A DNA stretch of 64,000 nt from Eledone cirrhosa (GCA_964016885.1 OZ024742.1:261578001-261642000), one strand, 5' to 3'; positions 27,290-41,341 are shown, numbered from the stretch's first letter. Program-made: numbers and translations. Notes: generated by a model not told the origin, from the letters alone.

Positions 27290-28945
27290 ATTTGTTGGTA
27301 TAACCCGCCATATAATATGGAGGTGGCCACACCTTTAGCTAAGATCTTTCTTTCCCTTATTACGAAGCATTTTCCCCCTACACATAAATATAGTAAAATT
27401 TTTAATAGAAATACTATTAAAATTTCTTACTCTACGACTCCTAACCTTGCGCAAATTTAGCTAAACTACCTAGCCGTAGGAACACGTGCAACCCAGTAGT
27501 TAGTACTAACTGTAATTGTAGGAATCGGGCTGATTGCCCCCTATCCGGGAAATGCCTCTCTAGTAACATTGTCTACAAATGTAAGGTTGTAACACCCACG
27601 TCCCGTAGGGCCTACATAGGGTTAACCGCCAATAGTTTCAAGTAGCGTCTTTACATGCATACCCATTCTTTTCGTTACCCTCTAAGAAGGAATATGACGT
27701 CACTTTCAGCTTATATCTGGAGTCTAAAAGACAACCACACCCAATATAAGTTGCACTGGGAGATCCTAGCTAAGGCTAGATCGTATAACGGAAATAAAAG
27801 ACCATGTGACCTCTGCGCCGCTGAGGCCCTGGAAATACTCTACGCCACAGACCACATCTTAAACAAAAAATCTGAGGCAATTTCGGCTTGTAAACATAAA
27901 TTGCACAAAACGTTCCTGTATTACAGCCCCACGTTATACCCTAACGGATAGTACGATCTATACGTGGATATTTTACGTCTTGATGTGGGAGCTAAGTATA
28001 TGTTTTGTTTATTCCTTTACTTATTTGCATAGGTAAGTATATATTACCCGTATGTTTTGTGAAGGTACGTATACCTTCTCGTACGTATATTTGATTGTTA
28101 TGGCGTATAATTTTATACATTCTGGTACATATGGTTTGGCTATGTGTATACGGGAGTTTTGCGTCTGTGTGAGTATGCAGGTTCGTACGTATGGTGGGTG
28201 TGTGTATATGCGTACTTCATGTTTTAGTTGACTTACGTCTCCGAACATTCGTGTATTTATATGTAGGTATGTGTGTGCGCTTGTTATATACGTATTTATT
28301 TATTTATATACGTTTATATAATTATTTATTTATTTGTATACACGCATACACACACACACATATTTATATGTGCGTGGTTTTGTATACCTATGGTAAGTTT
28401 TTGCGTATGCTTGTGTATGTACGTATTTGTTTGCGTGTATGTATTTATTTATTTCTATTACTTCTGTATTGTATTTATTTACTTTGTTCTTAACTCTGTA
28501 GCGGAGATTCATTTGGACTCCTAGTTAGAATTTTAGTCTACGACTTCTGCTATACCATTTACGTGGTTGTGTCTTTGCATGCTATTGTTCTCCACGCTCC
28601 ACATATGACGTATTATCTTCGTTTTTTCGTTCATCGCCAGAGAACGTCTCTATGCACCACCTAAGAGAACATTAGTCTACGACCTCTTTTATACCATAAA
28701 CGTGGTTCTGTCTTTGCGCGTAATTGTTTTTCACCGCTCCTATTAATGACGTATTATTCGTTCTTTCCCGTTCTTTGCCAGCGAACGTTTCCACGAACCA
28801 AAGTATCGTCTTCCTGTCTTCCTCCCGTTGCAACGTTTTTTGAAATATCCAGTTCTGCGTTTACAGATTGACTTTGTTAGTTTCAGAAGATCCCGTTAAG
28901 GGTGAAAGCAGCGATTCTTTGCTTAAACTTTAATCTGTTATTTTA

Positions 28946-28950
<5 letters not shown>
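27290..28950 (+). mobile_element. Naiad-type PLE 3' fragment (Cys finger, GIY-YIG, 3' UTR)
   Basis: CNCRNRADCPLSGKCLSSNIVYKC...AYIGLT...TSLSAYIWSLKD...CDLC..E; decayed hammerhead-like motif at about 28884-28912. Confidence 0.85.
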
Positions 28951-29003
<53 letters not shown>

Positions 29004-29619
29004 CTAGGCATAACTGGAGAGTTTTGTTTAGTTTCTATTATCCTTAGACGGAACGACTCTGTATGATTATTATACCGCTTCTTGAACCACAATTCCGTAA
29101 GTTTGACAGGTGTGTTTGTGTGTGTATTTGCATACCTACAAATTTCTTATATTATCCCGTTACACCTCTTTTCTAGATATCCCCCAACACTAGCCAGGTG
29201 ATACATACCATATTGTTGAGCTGTCAACTAATCAACTAATGTATATATGTGTATTTGATGCATTAAGTATGTGTGTATGTATGCATGTATATATATATAT
29301 GTGTGTGTGTGTGCGTGTGTGTGTATAATTTCTTGAATCCCCCTCAATGTGGTAGCAATCCCAACCTACACATTAGTCTGGTCATATATATAGACAGTGT
29401 TTATATCTTCACATATTGTAGACAAACTTCATTATATACATATATCAAACAATCTGTTTTAGAAAGGTGATTAGCTATAACAAGACGCTCAAACAATTTC
29501 TGATAATGGGGGAATACACGATGTTTCCAATAACGTCTATGAAACTAATATATACGTATATATGTGTGTGGGGGGGGGGGGTATGTGTGTGTGTATGTTT
29601 GTTTTGTTTTTTTTATAAA

Positions 29620-29735
29620 AGGTAAACAGAAATAACAACACAATCGGTACAGTATGGAAGGAATATATTAGGTTAACGCTTGAAATAGCAGGAAGAGGGT
29701 TTTAACGTTTCGAACGCTAGTCGTTCATCTTGTAA
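29620..29735 (-). mobile_element. PLE pLTR fragment (same family as 8200-8310)
   Basis: Reverse-complement match; hammerhead core eroded (aagatga). Confidence 0.7.
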
Positions 29736-29741
29736 AAAATG

Positions 29742-29786
<45 letters not shown>

Positions 29787-29788
29787 GA

Positions 29789-30842
29789 AACTTCGAAGAA
29801 ATAACAGATAAATGATACAGACCATCTCCCACGAGGAACAGCCAGATAAAATTTACCCAGTCTTTCTTCTTAGCCCGTAGAAATTAACTACACAAATAAT
29901 CAATTAAACGGAGCTAAGTCTAAAATGTAAGTTTGAAGAAAAAATGCATATAAACTTTGCCAAAATTCCTCTAGTCCCGACTATCGATAGTTTCGCTCGT
30001 ACTTTGTGGATTTCGAAGTTACATTTTAAACTTAGTTCCTTTTAAATGATTATTTATCTAGTTGATTTCTACGGCGGACTAGGGTGAAGAAAAATTGGGT
30101 ATATTTTATCTAACTGTTCTTCAAACTTGCAATTTTATATAGCTCTGATTAATAATTATTTGCTTAATTAATTTGTCCATTGATCCACACCGTGAAAGGT
30201 AGCCACACTCATATATGTATCTGTGACTATGTCTAAATATATACATATATATCCCTATGAATTTATTATATACTCCCGTTCGGTAGAGTAAACCTTAGGC
30301 GGTATCTAACTGCTCTTTCTAGCAGCAACCTACCTGCCACCGGCCTACCATTCACAACCTTCTACTTTGACGGCTAGCCACGTGATAATTCTTACCCATT
30401 TTGAATTCATTTCTGGCGGCGATTACTGGAGAAATTTGAGTCCAAACTTGAGGGAGTCTCTTGATAAGCTCCAAAGCTCATGGATAATACCAAGATTGGA
30501 CATATCCACAAAGTACGAGCGAAACTAACGACAATCGGGACTAGAGGAATTTTGGCAAAGTTTATATGCATTTTTTCTTCAAACTTACATTTTAGACTTA
30601 GCTCCGTTTAATTGATTATTTGTGTAGTTAATTTCTACGGGCTAAGAAGAAAGACTGGGTAAATTTTATCTGGCTGTTCCTCGTGGGAGATGGTCTGTAT
30701 CATTTATCTGTTATTTCTTCGAAGTTACATTTTAAACTTAGTTCCGTTTAAATGATTATTTATCTAGTTGATTTCTACGAACTAGGGTGAAGAAAAATTG
30801 GGTATATTTTATCTAACTGTTCTTCAAACTTGCAATTTTATA
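29789..30842 (+). mobile_element. Non-coding PLE-like element with inverted and direct terminal repeats and a hammerhead
   Basis: 29789-30010 is inverted relative to 30504-30726; 30012-30140 is a direct repeat of 30718-30842; hammerhead 30455-30542; flanked by (TA)n. Confidence 0.7.
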
Positions 30843-30843
30843 T

Positions 30844-30878
<35 letters not shown>

Positions 30879-30879
30879 A

Positions 30880-31101
<222 letters not shown>

Positions 31102-31360
31102 TTGAACAAACGAGCAACGGCTTAATACGGGATGTTTGTTTACAAACACACCGAGCATTATAATAAATATTCGGTGAATCCATACGTGCATATATATATG
31201 TGTGCATGTATGTATATATATATATACATACTACTGTACGTCGGTATACATATATGTATGTACGTGTACATACTTATATTTAAGTAACAGCCGTACTAAG
31301 AGTGTGAAATGAAATATCGTTTCATTTTTTCCGTTTATATATATATAAATATATATATAA

Positions 31361-31462
<102 letters not shown>

Positions 31463-31613
31463 AGTGAGGTATTTTTTACAAAATGAAAAATAATCGAGGT
31501 GTCCTACACGAGTGAAAGTATAAAGAAAAAAAGATGAGATCGAAAATGCAACTGGAGTCTTATTTTTAAAAATATATATATATTTATTTGGTTCCTTTGA
31601 CGGTTTCGCAGTT

Positions 31614-31714
31614 CTGCTTTTCAAAAGTAGAGTTGAGATGGAGGGTCTGTGGTTTTTCTCACAGTGAGAAAAACCACAGACCCTCCATCTCAACTCTACT
31701 TTTGAAAAGCAGAA
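31614..31714. repeat. ~50 bp-arm palindrome with a 1-nt spacer
   Basis: ttctgcttttcaaaagtagagttgagatggagggtctgtggtttttctcac-a-gtgagaaaaaccacagaccctccatctcaactctacttttgaaaagcagaa. Confidence 0.9.
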
Positions 31715-31776
31715 GAACTGTTATGGTCCACCTGGTTCCTTACCACTTTTCCTTCGTTATATATATATATATATAT

Positions 31777-32112
31777 ATAATATAAGATCAAAAGATGGTT
31801 AAAGGAGTTCCATGTATTTTATTATGCGCATTTCAAAAACAAACATCATCATGCAATAATATTTGTGTTTTCATCAGATAAAACAGGAGAACATGATATG
31901 AAGGCTAAAAAACACTTGTGGATAGTGCAGTTTTAAATCAACATATGTTGATTTAAAACTGCACTATCCACAAGTGTTTTTTAGCCTTCATATCATGTTC
32001 TCCTGTTTTATCTGATGAAAACACAAATATTATTGCATGATGATGTTTGTTTTTGAAATGCGCATAATAAAATACATGGAACTCCTTTAACCATCTTTTG
32101 ATCTTATATTAT
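31777..32112. repeat. Apparently perfect 336-bp palindrome carrying a hammerhead on each strand
   Basis: Symmetry centre 31944/31945 (caacat|atgttg); CTGATGA at 32012 (+) and at 31877 (-). Confidence 0.9.
32006..32072 (+). ncRNA. Type I hammerhead ribozyme (mirror copy on - strand at 31817-31883)
   Basis: Helix I TTTTAT/ATAAAA; CTGATGA; long helix II; GAAA 32055; palindrome TGCGCA; AUA. Confidence 0.8.
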
Positions 32113-32195
32113 GTATACTCCAGTCCTACAAACTGTAGAGTGCTTCTTATCCGATATCTGCATTGCTTTATTGTACTACAATAAAACTCACCTCC

Positions 32196-32263
<68 letters not shown>

Positions 32264-32738
32264 AATATAATTTCAGCGAGATCGTATTTCGGCTGTGGTC
32301 AAAAACAAAGCGAAACGCAATTTTCGAGATATGCGGCAAGCGCTCAATGGACTAAAAGAAGACCAGAGCAATTAACATACGTTGTAGAAGCAATATAAAC
32401 TGAAAACGGCGGTCATGAAGCTATCAGCCACCGGAGCCAAAAATAAACGAAGCAAGCTAAGCAGGTTAAACAAAAGAATTTACCTGGACCTCCTGGAAAT
32501 TGATGGTATAATCCAGTGGGAGGTTTCTGTGACACCTGAAGCAATTATACTGCCTGCTTTCATTGTAAGCTTTTGGTATAAGGATCGAACAAGGCTGTCA
32601 TTTCGTCAACAGGTATTTTGTCCTCAGCCGGTGAGCGGGTTCCAATGCAATAGTAGTGTTGGAGTGATTACCCTATATATATATAGTGAAATAAAATAAC
32701 AAGGACGATCGGTTACTCCTTCATTACGTTTATTGGTT

Positions 32739-32823
32739 GGTGACGCGCGTTTCGCCACTGATCAGCTCAAGGTTCGATCTGTATCGATCTGACCCGACTC
32801 TGTAATCCGCGGCTCGTCAGACC
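32739..32823 (-). ncRNA. Type I hammerhead ribozyme
   Basis: Minus strand: ggt CTGACGA GCCGC...GTGGC GAAA CGCGCG TC^acc. Confidence 0.85.
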
Positions 32824-33426
32824 CCTTGTAATGGTAATGGAAAAATGAAAATACAAGGGCATGTATATTCATTTTATGTTGGATAAGGTTAATGTATGTT
32901 CGAATGCATGATGGGTGTAAAGGAAGTAGTTTTTTGGAGCAAGTGAAGTGACGGAAGTTTTATTTCTGAATTTAATGGTTTATTCTGAATTATGTTTTAA
33001 TTTGATTTATGGAGTGATTATTTCGGGTTTCAGATAATTTTAGTCTAATTTTTTTGATGGACAGTTGGCTTTGGGCTGCATGAACGACAGCCATTGTGAG
33101 TTTATTGTTTAGTAGTTTTATGATTGAATGCTCTGCAAAGTGTTTGGTGCTAATTTATCCGGTAGTCGACGGAAACTGGGTATTGAAGACGATTGTGGCC
33201 TGAAGTTTGTCCTCTCAGTACTAGTATAGTGGGGTGGTTTTTATTGCGTTGTCTTTCTATGAGATGTTTAAATTTGGTTTGAATTTAATTCTTGGTTATG
33301 AGTTTCAGTTTTTGTTGATTAGACATGAAATATTTGATTGCTAGTTTGTTTGATGTAGGCGTTGATTTATTGCGTTAGTGGTACTCGTTTACTATTATTC
33401 TGTTGTTGGGTGGGGTTGTGAGAGAA

Positions 33427-33479
<53 letters not shown>

Positions 33480-33691
33480 TGAAGTTGGTGGTTCACCAAT
33501 GGATAAAGCAGGTAATTCCGAATAGTTAACCATGATAGAATAGTAGAAAAAGCACTCAGCGTATCCAGCTTGTGTCGCTGGAATTCTACTGGCCATTGAA
33601 ATATATATAGTGTCTGCAAAAATAAAAACTTTAAAGGAATTTCAACTTTCCGGCCTCCTGTCACTTTATTCAATAATTTGATATATATATA

Positions 33692-34323
33692 CAGTAATAC
33701 CCCGCTATATCGCTGGTGATTTTTCACGGTCCCACTACATCGCAGATTTTTCTTTGGAACGTATCTAAATTCTTATCGCGGTAATCCTCGCGAAGTCGTG
33801 GATTTTTCGTTAGAACATATCTATTTTCTTACCGCGGTACGTACGTCTGAGTAAAAAGTGTTTAAAATTTAAACTTATTCAATAAGTTTCGATTTGGTTG
33901 AAGTGTATACCGTGAGGAAGGGGTATCTTAAGGCTTTAACTATGAAAAAATATTTTTATTTTTCATCTCCATTACTGTTTTACTGATTGTGTTTTTCTCT
34001 AGCCTACTACAAACCCTTCTTAGATTGACGGGAGATGTGCAGTGTACTACAAAGCAGCTAACGTGGGTAGTTATGGTCGTCATTGGTAACTAGTGGTACG
34101 ATCGTTGACGGTAGTTTTGTATACGATCGTTACTGGCTATTTTTGGTGTTTAAATACAAAGTGTGTTTTAATGAGTGGATATGTCCTTAAAGCGTGTAGG
34201 AAATGTATTTTAAGGCTTAAACTATGAAAACAACGGTTGTCTTTAGGTGCTCTCTATATCGCGGATTTTCATTTATCGCGGTTGGTTCTGGAACGTATCC
34301 ACCGCGATAAACGGGGTTTACTG
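33692..34323. mobile_element. pogo/Tigger-like MITE
   Basis: TIRs cagtaataccccgctatatcgc / gcgataaacggggtttactg with flanking TA. Confidence 0.8.
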
Positions 34324-34345
34324 TATATATATATATGTGTGTATG

Positions 34346-34411
<66 letters not shown>

Positions 34412-34537
34412 ATCTGAGTTTTTCGAATATTAATAATAATATTCGATTCGTTTGCAATTATGCAAACAGCCTCGTTTTTAAAGCCATGTCAGTAGAATGC
34501 GCCCCTTATTCTTGCTCTTGTGTTGGCATGTAAACAG

Positions 34538-34583
34538 ACTGCAGACACTAATGTTTCTGGGTATTACCCTTCATCAGTGCAGT
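34538..34583 (-). ncRNA. Type I hammerhead ribozyme (inverted copy on + strand at 39426-39471)
   Basis: ACTGCA CTGATGA aGGGT aat ACCCa GAAA CATTAGTG TC^TGCAGT. Confidence 0.8.
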
Positions 34584-35433
34584 TCACTGTTCACCTGCCA
34601 ACTGTCAGAGCTAGTGAAAATATATGATATTTCTAAAATATACAGTGACTGATCGGCCTGGTTTGCATATTAGCAGACTGGCTGATCAGTCAGATCTACA
34701 TATTAGCAGATCCACTGATCAGCCAGATTTGCATATCAGCAGACAGGCCAGTCAGTTTCCTGTATACGAACGATTAATGGCCGGCTTTGCCATATTCAAA
34801 TAAAAAATTTTAAAATTTATTGCTCTATATGGCTGAACACAATAAATGTAATCTGAGTTTTTCGAATATTAATAATAATATTCAAGTCGTTTGCAATTAT
34901 GCAGACAGCCTCTTTTTTAAAGCCATGTCAGCATAATTGCAAACGAATCGAATATTATTATTAATATTCGAAAAACTCAGATTACATTTATTGTATTCAG
35001 CCATGTAGAGCGATAAATTTTATATATATATATATTATAGAGTCATGCCTCTGATACTATGTGGACTAAATCTCTGTTGAAAGGTCTCTGATATGCAGGG
35101 TTTCTCTCTTCATATGATTAGTTAGGTGTAGAGTTAGTATATAGCTAAGCTTTTAATTGATTTGGGGGTAGAATTGCCTTCTTCTATTTTAAGGTGTGTT
35201 TAATATAGGTACAAAATGTTTTGTTTGGGGCGATATAATATTTAATCTTCATTAATGTTTTTATTTTGTCTGCGCTGTTTAGTTTGCTACAATAAATGTG
35301 ATGTATTGTTAAGCGGTTAGTTTAAGATGATTAAATAATTGTTTTAGTAGTTTGTTTAGGTTTGTTGTATTCGTTTAACTTTATATTGATGTTGGCGATG
35401 TTACGAGAGAAGTAATTTTCATATGTATGTGCG

Positions 35434-35468
<35 letters not shown>

Positions 35469-35480
35469 GTGTGTGTGTGG

Positions 35481-35556
<76 letters not shown>

Positions 35557-36211
35557 TAATAAAAATAATGAATAAAAACAAAGAAACAGTTCCTTATATT
35601 AAAATGATGAATGAAAAGATTATTTGATGAATAATTGATGAAAAGATTATATGATGAATGAAAAGATTATTTTAGGGATGAAAATGGGTGAAGTTGGTAA
35701 AAGGTACACGAAAAATTGATGTTAGAAAAGAATAATGCTAATGTAAATATCTAAGGAGAATAAAATTTTACGATAAATGTGTTAGTGAAAAATATCAATC
35801 TTATTTAAAATATAGGGAATTTACATCTATAAAAAGAAAATAAATTAATTAAATTGATAGGTATATTTATATTGATAAATTTATATTAATTCATATAGAT
35901 ATGATAAATAAGAGTTAGATGTAATTGAAGAGTGCTGTTAAAAACGAAGGGAAAATAAAAAAATAATAATTATTATTATTGGGGGGGGGTTAATTTATTA
36001 GTGAGAAATAACAAATTTATATAGATTATAAGGAACACAGAATCATAACCTGAAAATTAAAATAGTTTATATGTATACTTATTGGTATAAATTTTAGGAA
36101 AAGATAGCTGTAAAAGGGAAATAAAATTATGCAGTTCATTAGTAGTAGAATATTAATTATAGGTTAACTAATTTTAAAAAAGTGTTATTATAATAATTTC
36201 TAAAGTGTATA

Positions 36212-36811
36212 TTAATTAGGTTTATAATATTTAAAAGTTCTTCTCAGTTTATGATTACATGATATAATTAATTCCTGTCGTTTATTTAATAGGATATCCC
36301 TAGATTTCATTATTTCAAAAAGTTCCTGGGAACATAATCTACATTCATATCTATTATTTTGATAAGGGGTGGCCGTTTTGAGCACACTCCAGGTCAGGTT
36401 ATAATCTATATTCCTTTTTCTATAATTATTAATTATTTCAGCTAAAGATGTTGTATTAGCTAATGCGGCATTTTTAAAATTGTGTTTGTGGGTATTAAAT
36501 CTTACTTTAAATTGGTTAGAAGTAGCTCCTATATATGAATAAGTTGAGTCCTTAGTGTTAACTTTACATTTATATACTATGTTATTAATAAGGCAATTTC
36601 CTTTTAATGGGCAATTTGCTTTGTTTCTACAGTTACAACCTTTCGTGAATGTTGTATCAGAGGAGATAGTCAAATTAGGTGTGGAATTTTCACGACTTGT
36701 TGTATGTGAATGAGATGGTGGTTTGCTGTGGTTTATTTTAGTATTATGGTTAGTTTGATGTATTGGTGGTATATTCATGGTTTTTTTTACATTTATATGC
36801 ATTATAGGCAC
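36212..36811 (-). pseudogene. PLE Cys finger plus GIY-YIG endonuclease domain (truncated ORF)
   Basis: CNCRNKANCPLKGNCLINNIVYKC...YSYIGATSNQFKVRFNTHKHNF...CRLCSQE. Confidence 0.9.
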
Positions 36812-38209
36812 TTATATTTGGTTGTATATTTTTGGTTGTTGAGTAGGAGAATTTAACCGTTGATCTATTTAAAATTTGATGGTATTTGTGGTTTGGCGGG
36901 AAGGTTTCTCTAGGATAGTAACAAAAAATTTAGGTCTATTACGGTTTCGATGTTGTTTATTATTTTTATAGGATGTATCCCGATGTTTATTAAGAGAATA
37001 ATTGTTAATGATTTTATTACACATATTTTTAGTTAGATTCATTGATTTAGGTGTTTTAGCCTGTTTATTAGGAATTTTATTATTAACATATATTGGAGTA
37101 TTAGGATGAATAGTTTTTTGAAAGTTACTATATTGTATATTAGAAGAGTTAGAGAAATTAAGTTTTATGTTGGTATTTTGGGGTATAGTGTGAGTGGCAT
37201 TTAGGTGTGTATATTTCATTTGGTGTTTGTTGGTAATATTGGGTTCTATGTTTGTAGTGTTATTGGTACAAGGTATATATACTAATTTGTTTTTGTGGTC
37301 AAAAGGGCCACCCCTTATCAAAATAATAGATATGAATGTAGATTATGTTCCCAGGAACTTTTTGAAATAATGAAATCTAGGGATATCCTATTAAATAAAC
37401 GACAGGAATTAATTATATCATGTAATCATAAACTGAGAAGAACTTTTAAATATTATAAACCTAATTAATATACACTTTAGAAATTATTATAATAACACTT
37501 TTTTAAAATTAGTTAACCTATAATTAATATTCTACTACTAATGAACTGCATAATTTTATTTCCCTTTTACAGCTATCTTTTCCTAAAATTTATACCAATA
37601 AGTATACATATAAACTATTTTAATTTTCAGGTTATGATTCTGTGTTCCTTATAATCTATATAAATTTGTTATTTCTCACTAATAAATTAACCCCCCCCCC
37701 CCCCCCCAATAATAATTATTATTATTTTTTTATTTTCCCTTCGTTTTTAACAGCACTCTTCAATTACATCTAACTCTTATTTATCATATCTATATGAATT
37801 AATATAAATTTATCAATATAAATATACCTATCAATTTAATTAATTTATTTTCTTTTTATAGATGTAAATTCCCTATATTTTAAATAAGATTGATATTTTT
37901 CACTAACACATTTATCGTAAAATTTTATTCTCCTTAGATATTTACATTAGCGTTATTCTTTTCTAACATCAATTTTTCGTGTACCTTTTACCAACTTGAC
38001 CCATTTTCATCCCTAAAATAATCTTTTCATTCATCATACTCTTTCCATTCAAAACTGAAATCTGCTTTCCTCTACCCCTAAATTAAAGTTCTATTACTAC
38101 TATTCTACCATCTTGACCACTTACTACCTTTCTATTGGTCAATTCAATTCCTGTTCCCAAACAGACCTATTATATTAAATCTTTGTTGTTTTTTTTCAAT
38201 AAACAAATA

Positions 38210-38347
38210 TCATTATTTCTGAAGACAGCATATATATGTGTAGGGATGTATATTCCCTCTGATAGTTTGTAAAAATTTTACATAGATCTATATGATATAC
38301 ATACTAACACAAACATATATATCCTAGAAACGATCGTAAAATGATGA
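38210..38347 (+). ncRNA. Type I hammerhead ribozyme with a ~100-nt helix II domain
   Basis: Helix I TCATTATTT/AAATGATGA; CTGAAGA 38219; GAAA 38327; palindrome CGATCG; GUA. Confidence 0.75.
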
Positions 38348-38401
38348 ATTTTTTAATATAAGGAACTGTTTCTTTGTTTTTATTCATTATTTTTATTAAT
38401 T

Positions 38402-38498
<97 letters not shown>

Positions 38499-38511
38499 CC
38501 ACACACACACA

Positions 38512-38575
<64 letters not shown>

Positions 38576-39732
38576 CGCACATACATATGAAAATTACTTC
38601 TCTCGTAACATCGCCAACATCAATATAAAGTTAAACGAATACAACAAACCTAAACAAACTACTAAAACAATTATTTAATCATCTTAAACTAACCGCTTAA
38701 CAATACATCACATTTATTGTAGCAAACTAAACAGCGCAGACAAAATAAAAACATTAATGAAGATTAAATATTATATCGCCCCAAACAAAACATTTTGTAC
38801 CTATATTAAACACACCTTAAAATAGAAGAAGGCAATTCTACCCCCAAATCAATTAAAAGCTTAGCTATATACTAACTCTACACCTAACTAATCATATGAA
38901 GAGAGAAACCCTGCATATCAGAGACCTTTCAACAGAGATTTAGTCCACATAGTATCAGAGGCATGACTCTATAATATATATATATATAAAATTTATCGCT
39001 CTACATGGCTGAATACAATAAATGTAATCTGAGTTTTTCGAATATTAATAATAATATTCGATTCGTTTGCAATTATGCTGACATGGCTTTAAAAAAGAGG
39101 CTGTCTGCATAATTGCAAACGACTTGAATATTATTATTAATATTCGAAAAACTCAGATTACATTTATTGTGTTCAGCCATGTAGAGCAATAAATTTTAAA
39201 ATTTTTTATTTGAATATGGCAAAGCTGGCCATTAATCGCTCGTATACAGGAAACTGACTGGCCTGTCTGCTGATATGCAAATCTGGCTGATCAGTGGATC
39301 TGCTAATATGCAGATCTGACTGATCAGCCACTGCTAATATGCGAATCAGGCCGATCAGTCATTGTATATTTTAGAAAATAGCATATATTTTCATTAGCTC
39401 TTGACAGTTGGCAGGTGAACAGTGAACTGCACTGATGAAGGGTAATACACAGAAACATTAGTGTCTGCAGTCTGTTTACATGCCAACACAAGAGCAGGAA
39501 TAAGGGGCGCATTCTACTGACATGAAACGATCGTAAAATGAGGAATTTTTTAATATAAGGAACTGTTTCTTTGTTTTTATTCATTATTTTTATTAATTTA
39601 TCTTGACTCTGTTTTCCTGTATTTTTCATCGGAAAAAAATTTTTTGAATACATCTTCTCTTTTCATGATATTCGGATTACATTGAGTTCTTCATACGGAT
39701 TGGACACTACCGTACATTTTGGTAGATTTATC

Positions 39733-39764
<32 letters not shown>

Positions 39765-39766
<2 letters not shown>

Positions 39767-40588
39767 TTGTTGACTTGATATGCTTCCTATTTTTCCTCTC
39801 TTTACGTTGCTTCACCCTTCGTGTCTGTTTACATGTTCCCCCCTCCCTCCCCTATTTTTATCCCAATAACTTATTTTAGTTATTGTTCGCCCTAGGCTGA
39901 TGTTTCTTGTCTCTAACGCGAAGAAATCCCTAGCAGACAACTGATGATGGATATTCCTCTCTTTCGCCCGTAACTTTTATTTTTCATTATACTTAAATGC
40001 AACCACACATCTCGCCATGTTATTCATATAAGCTTCCTTCTTCGCTATGACACGTCTCTTTTCTCTCCCCTTGTTGCTATCCTCTCTCTCCCCCTTCTCT
40101 CTCCTTTTCCCTCTTACTTTCGCTCACCCCCTCTGCTAGTCACCTTCTCTCGGCTAGCCTGCCACAATAACTATCTCCTTCTCGCTTCCTCTTACTTTCA
40201 CTCCCTCCCTCTCTCTACTAATGACCCCCTCTCCGCTAGCCCACTTCCTCCCTCGTCCGCCACTGTAAGCAGTCTCTTCTCTCGCTAACACTGCGACAGT
40301 AAAGACGCCTTTTTCTCTCTCGTCAAACTCGCCAGTTCTTACGTTCGAAATGAGTTGTTGACTTGATATTTTTCCTATTTTTCCTCTCTTTACGTTGCTT
40401 CACCCTTTGTGTCTGTTTACATGTTTTCTCCCCACCCCCACCCACCCTTTTTTTATTCCAATAACTTATTTTAGTTATTGTTCGCCCTAGGCTGAGGTAT
40501 CTTGTCTCTAACGCGAAGAAATACCTAGCAGACAACTGACGATGGATATTCCTCTCTTTCGCACGTAACTTTTATGTTTCATTATATA
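39765..40588 (+). repeat. Pair of ~230-bp direct repeats around a pyrimidine-rich spacer (PLE pLTR-like)
   Basis: 39765-39990 matches 40353-40588; they contain CTGATGA/CTGACGA half-cores. Confidence 0.65.
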
Positions 40589-40865
40589 TACATACATACA
40601 TACATACATACATACATACATACATACATACATACATACATACATACATACATACATACATACATACATACATTTTTTATAGTTTGCGGTAGTAGAATCT
40701 TAAAAGATGTTTAGAGAAGATAAACATTAGGTCTTCTTAACGTTTGTGATGAATGATTTCTGAAAATGCCCGCCATTAACGGAAAGCAACAATGCTGAAA
40801 ATATGGCGTTCTGATCTCTTGTATTAACTTACACCTCCGCTACAGCTGCTAATGTTTGGGCAAGC

Positions 40866-41104
<239 letters not shown>

Positions 41105-41151
41105 GCGTTTCGCTTTGTTTTCGACCACAGCCGAAATTCGATCTCGCTGAA

Positions 41152-41188
<37 letters not shown>

Positions 41189-41302
41189 AGTATAGAAATT
41201 GTTGTAGCGAGAAGCCAACAGTATTCCATAACATATAAGTGACTATAACGTCAAAATGGGAAAATAGTTAACATAAGATATGGGAAAAATAAGATATGGG
41301 AA

Positions 41303-41341
<39 letters not shown>

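Larger units (their letters stand above)
34485..39600. mobile_element. ~5 kb inverted duplication built around a Naiad-type PLE 3' fragment
   Basis: 34485-36380 is the reverse complement of about 37300-39524, and the right arm has an extra 38038-38350. The PLE coding remnant lies on the minus strand. Confidence 0.85.

Noticed and set aside
28880-29550. Further hammerhead-like strings (28884 CAGAAGA, ~29500 CTGATAA; also ~4644, ~9193, ~32627 and ~55982)
   Set aside because: Core or helices too degenerate to support a call.
34640-34760. Short ~27-bp repeats (gatcagccagatttgcatattagcaga) superficially CRISPR-like
   Set aside because: Head-to-tail minisatellite without unique spacers; eukaryotic context and no cas genes.
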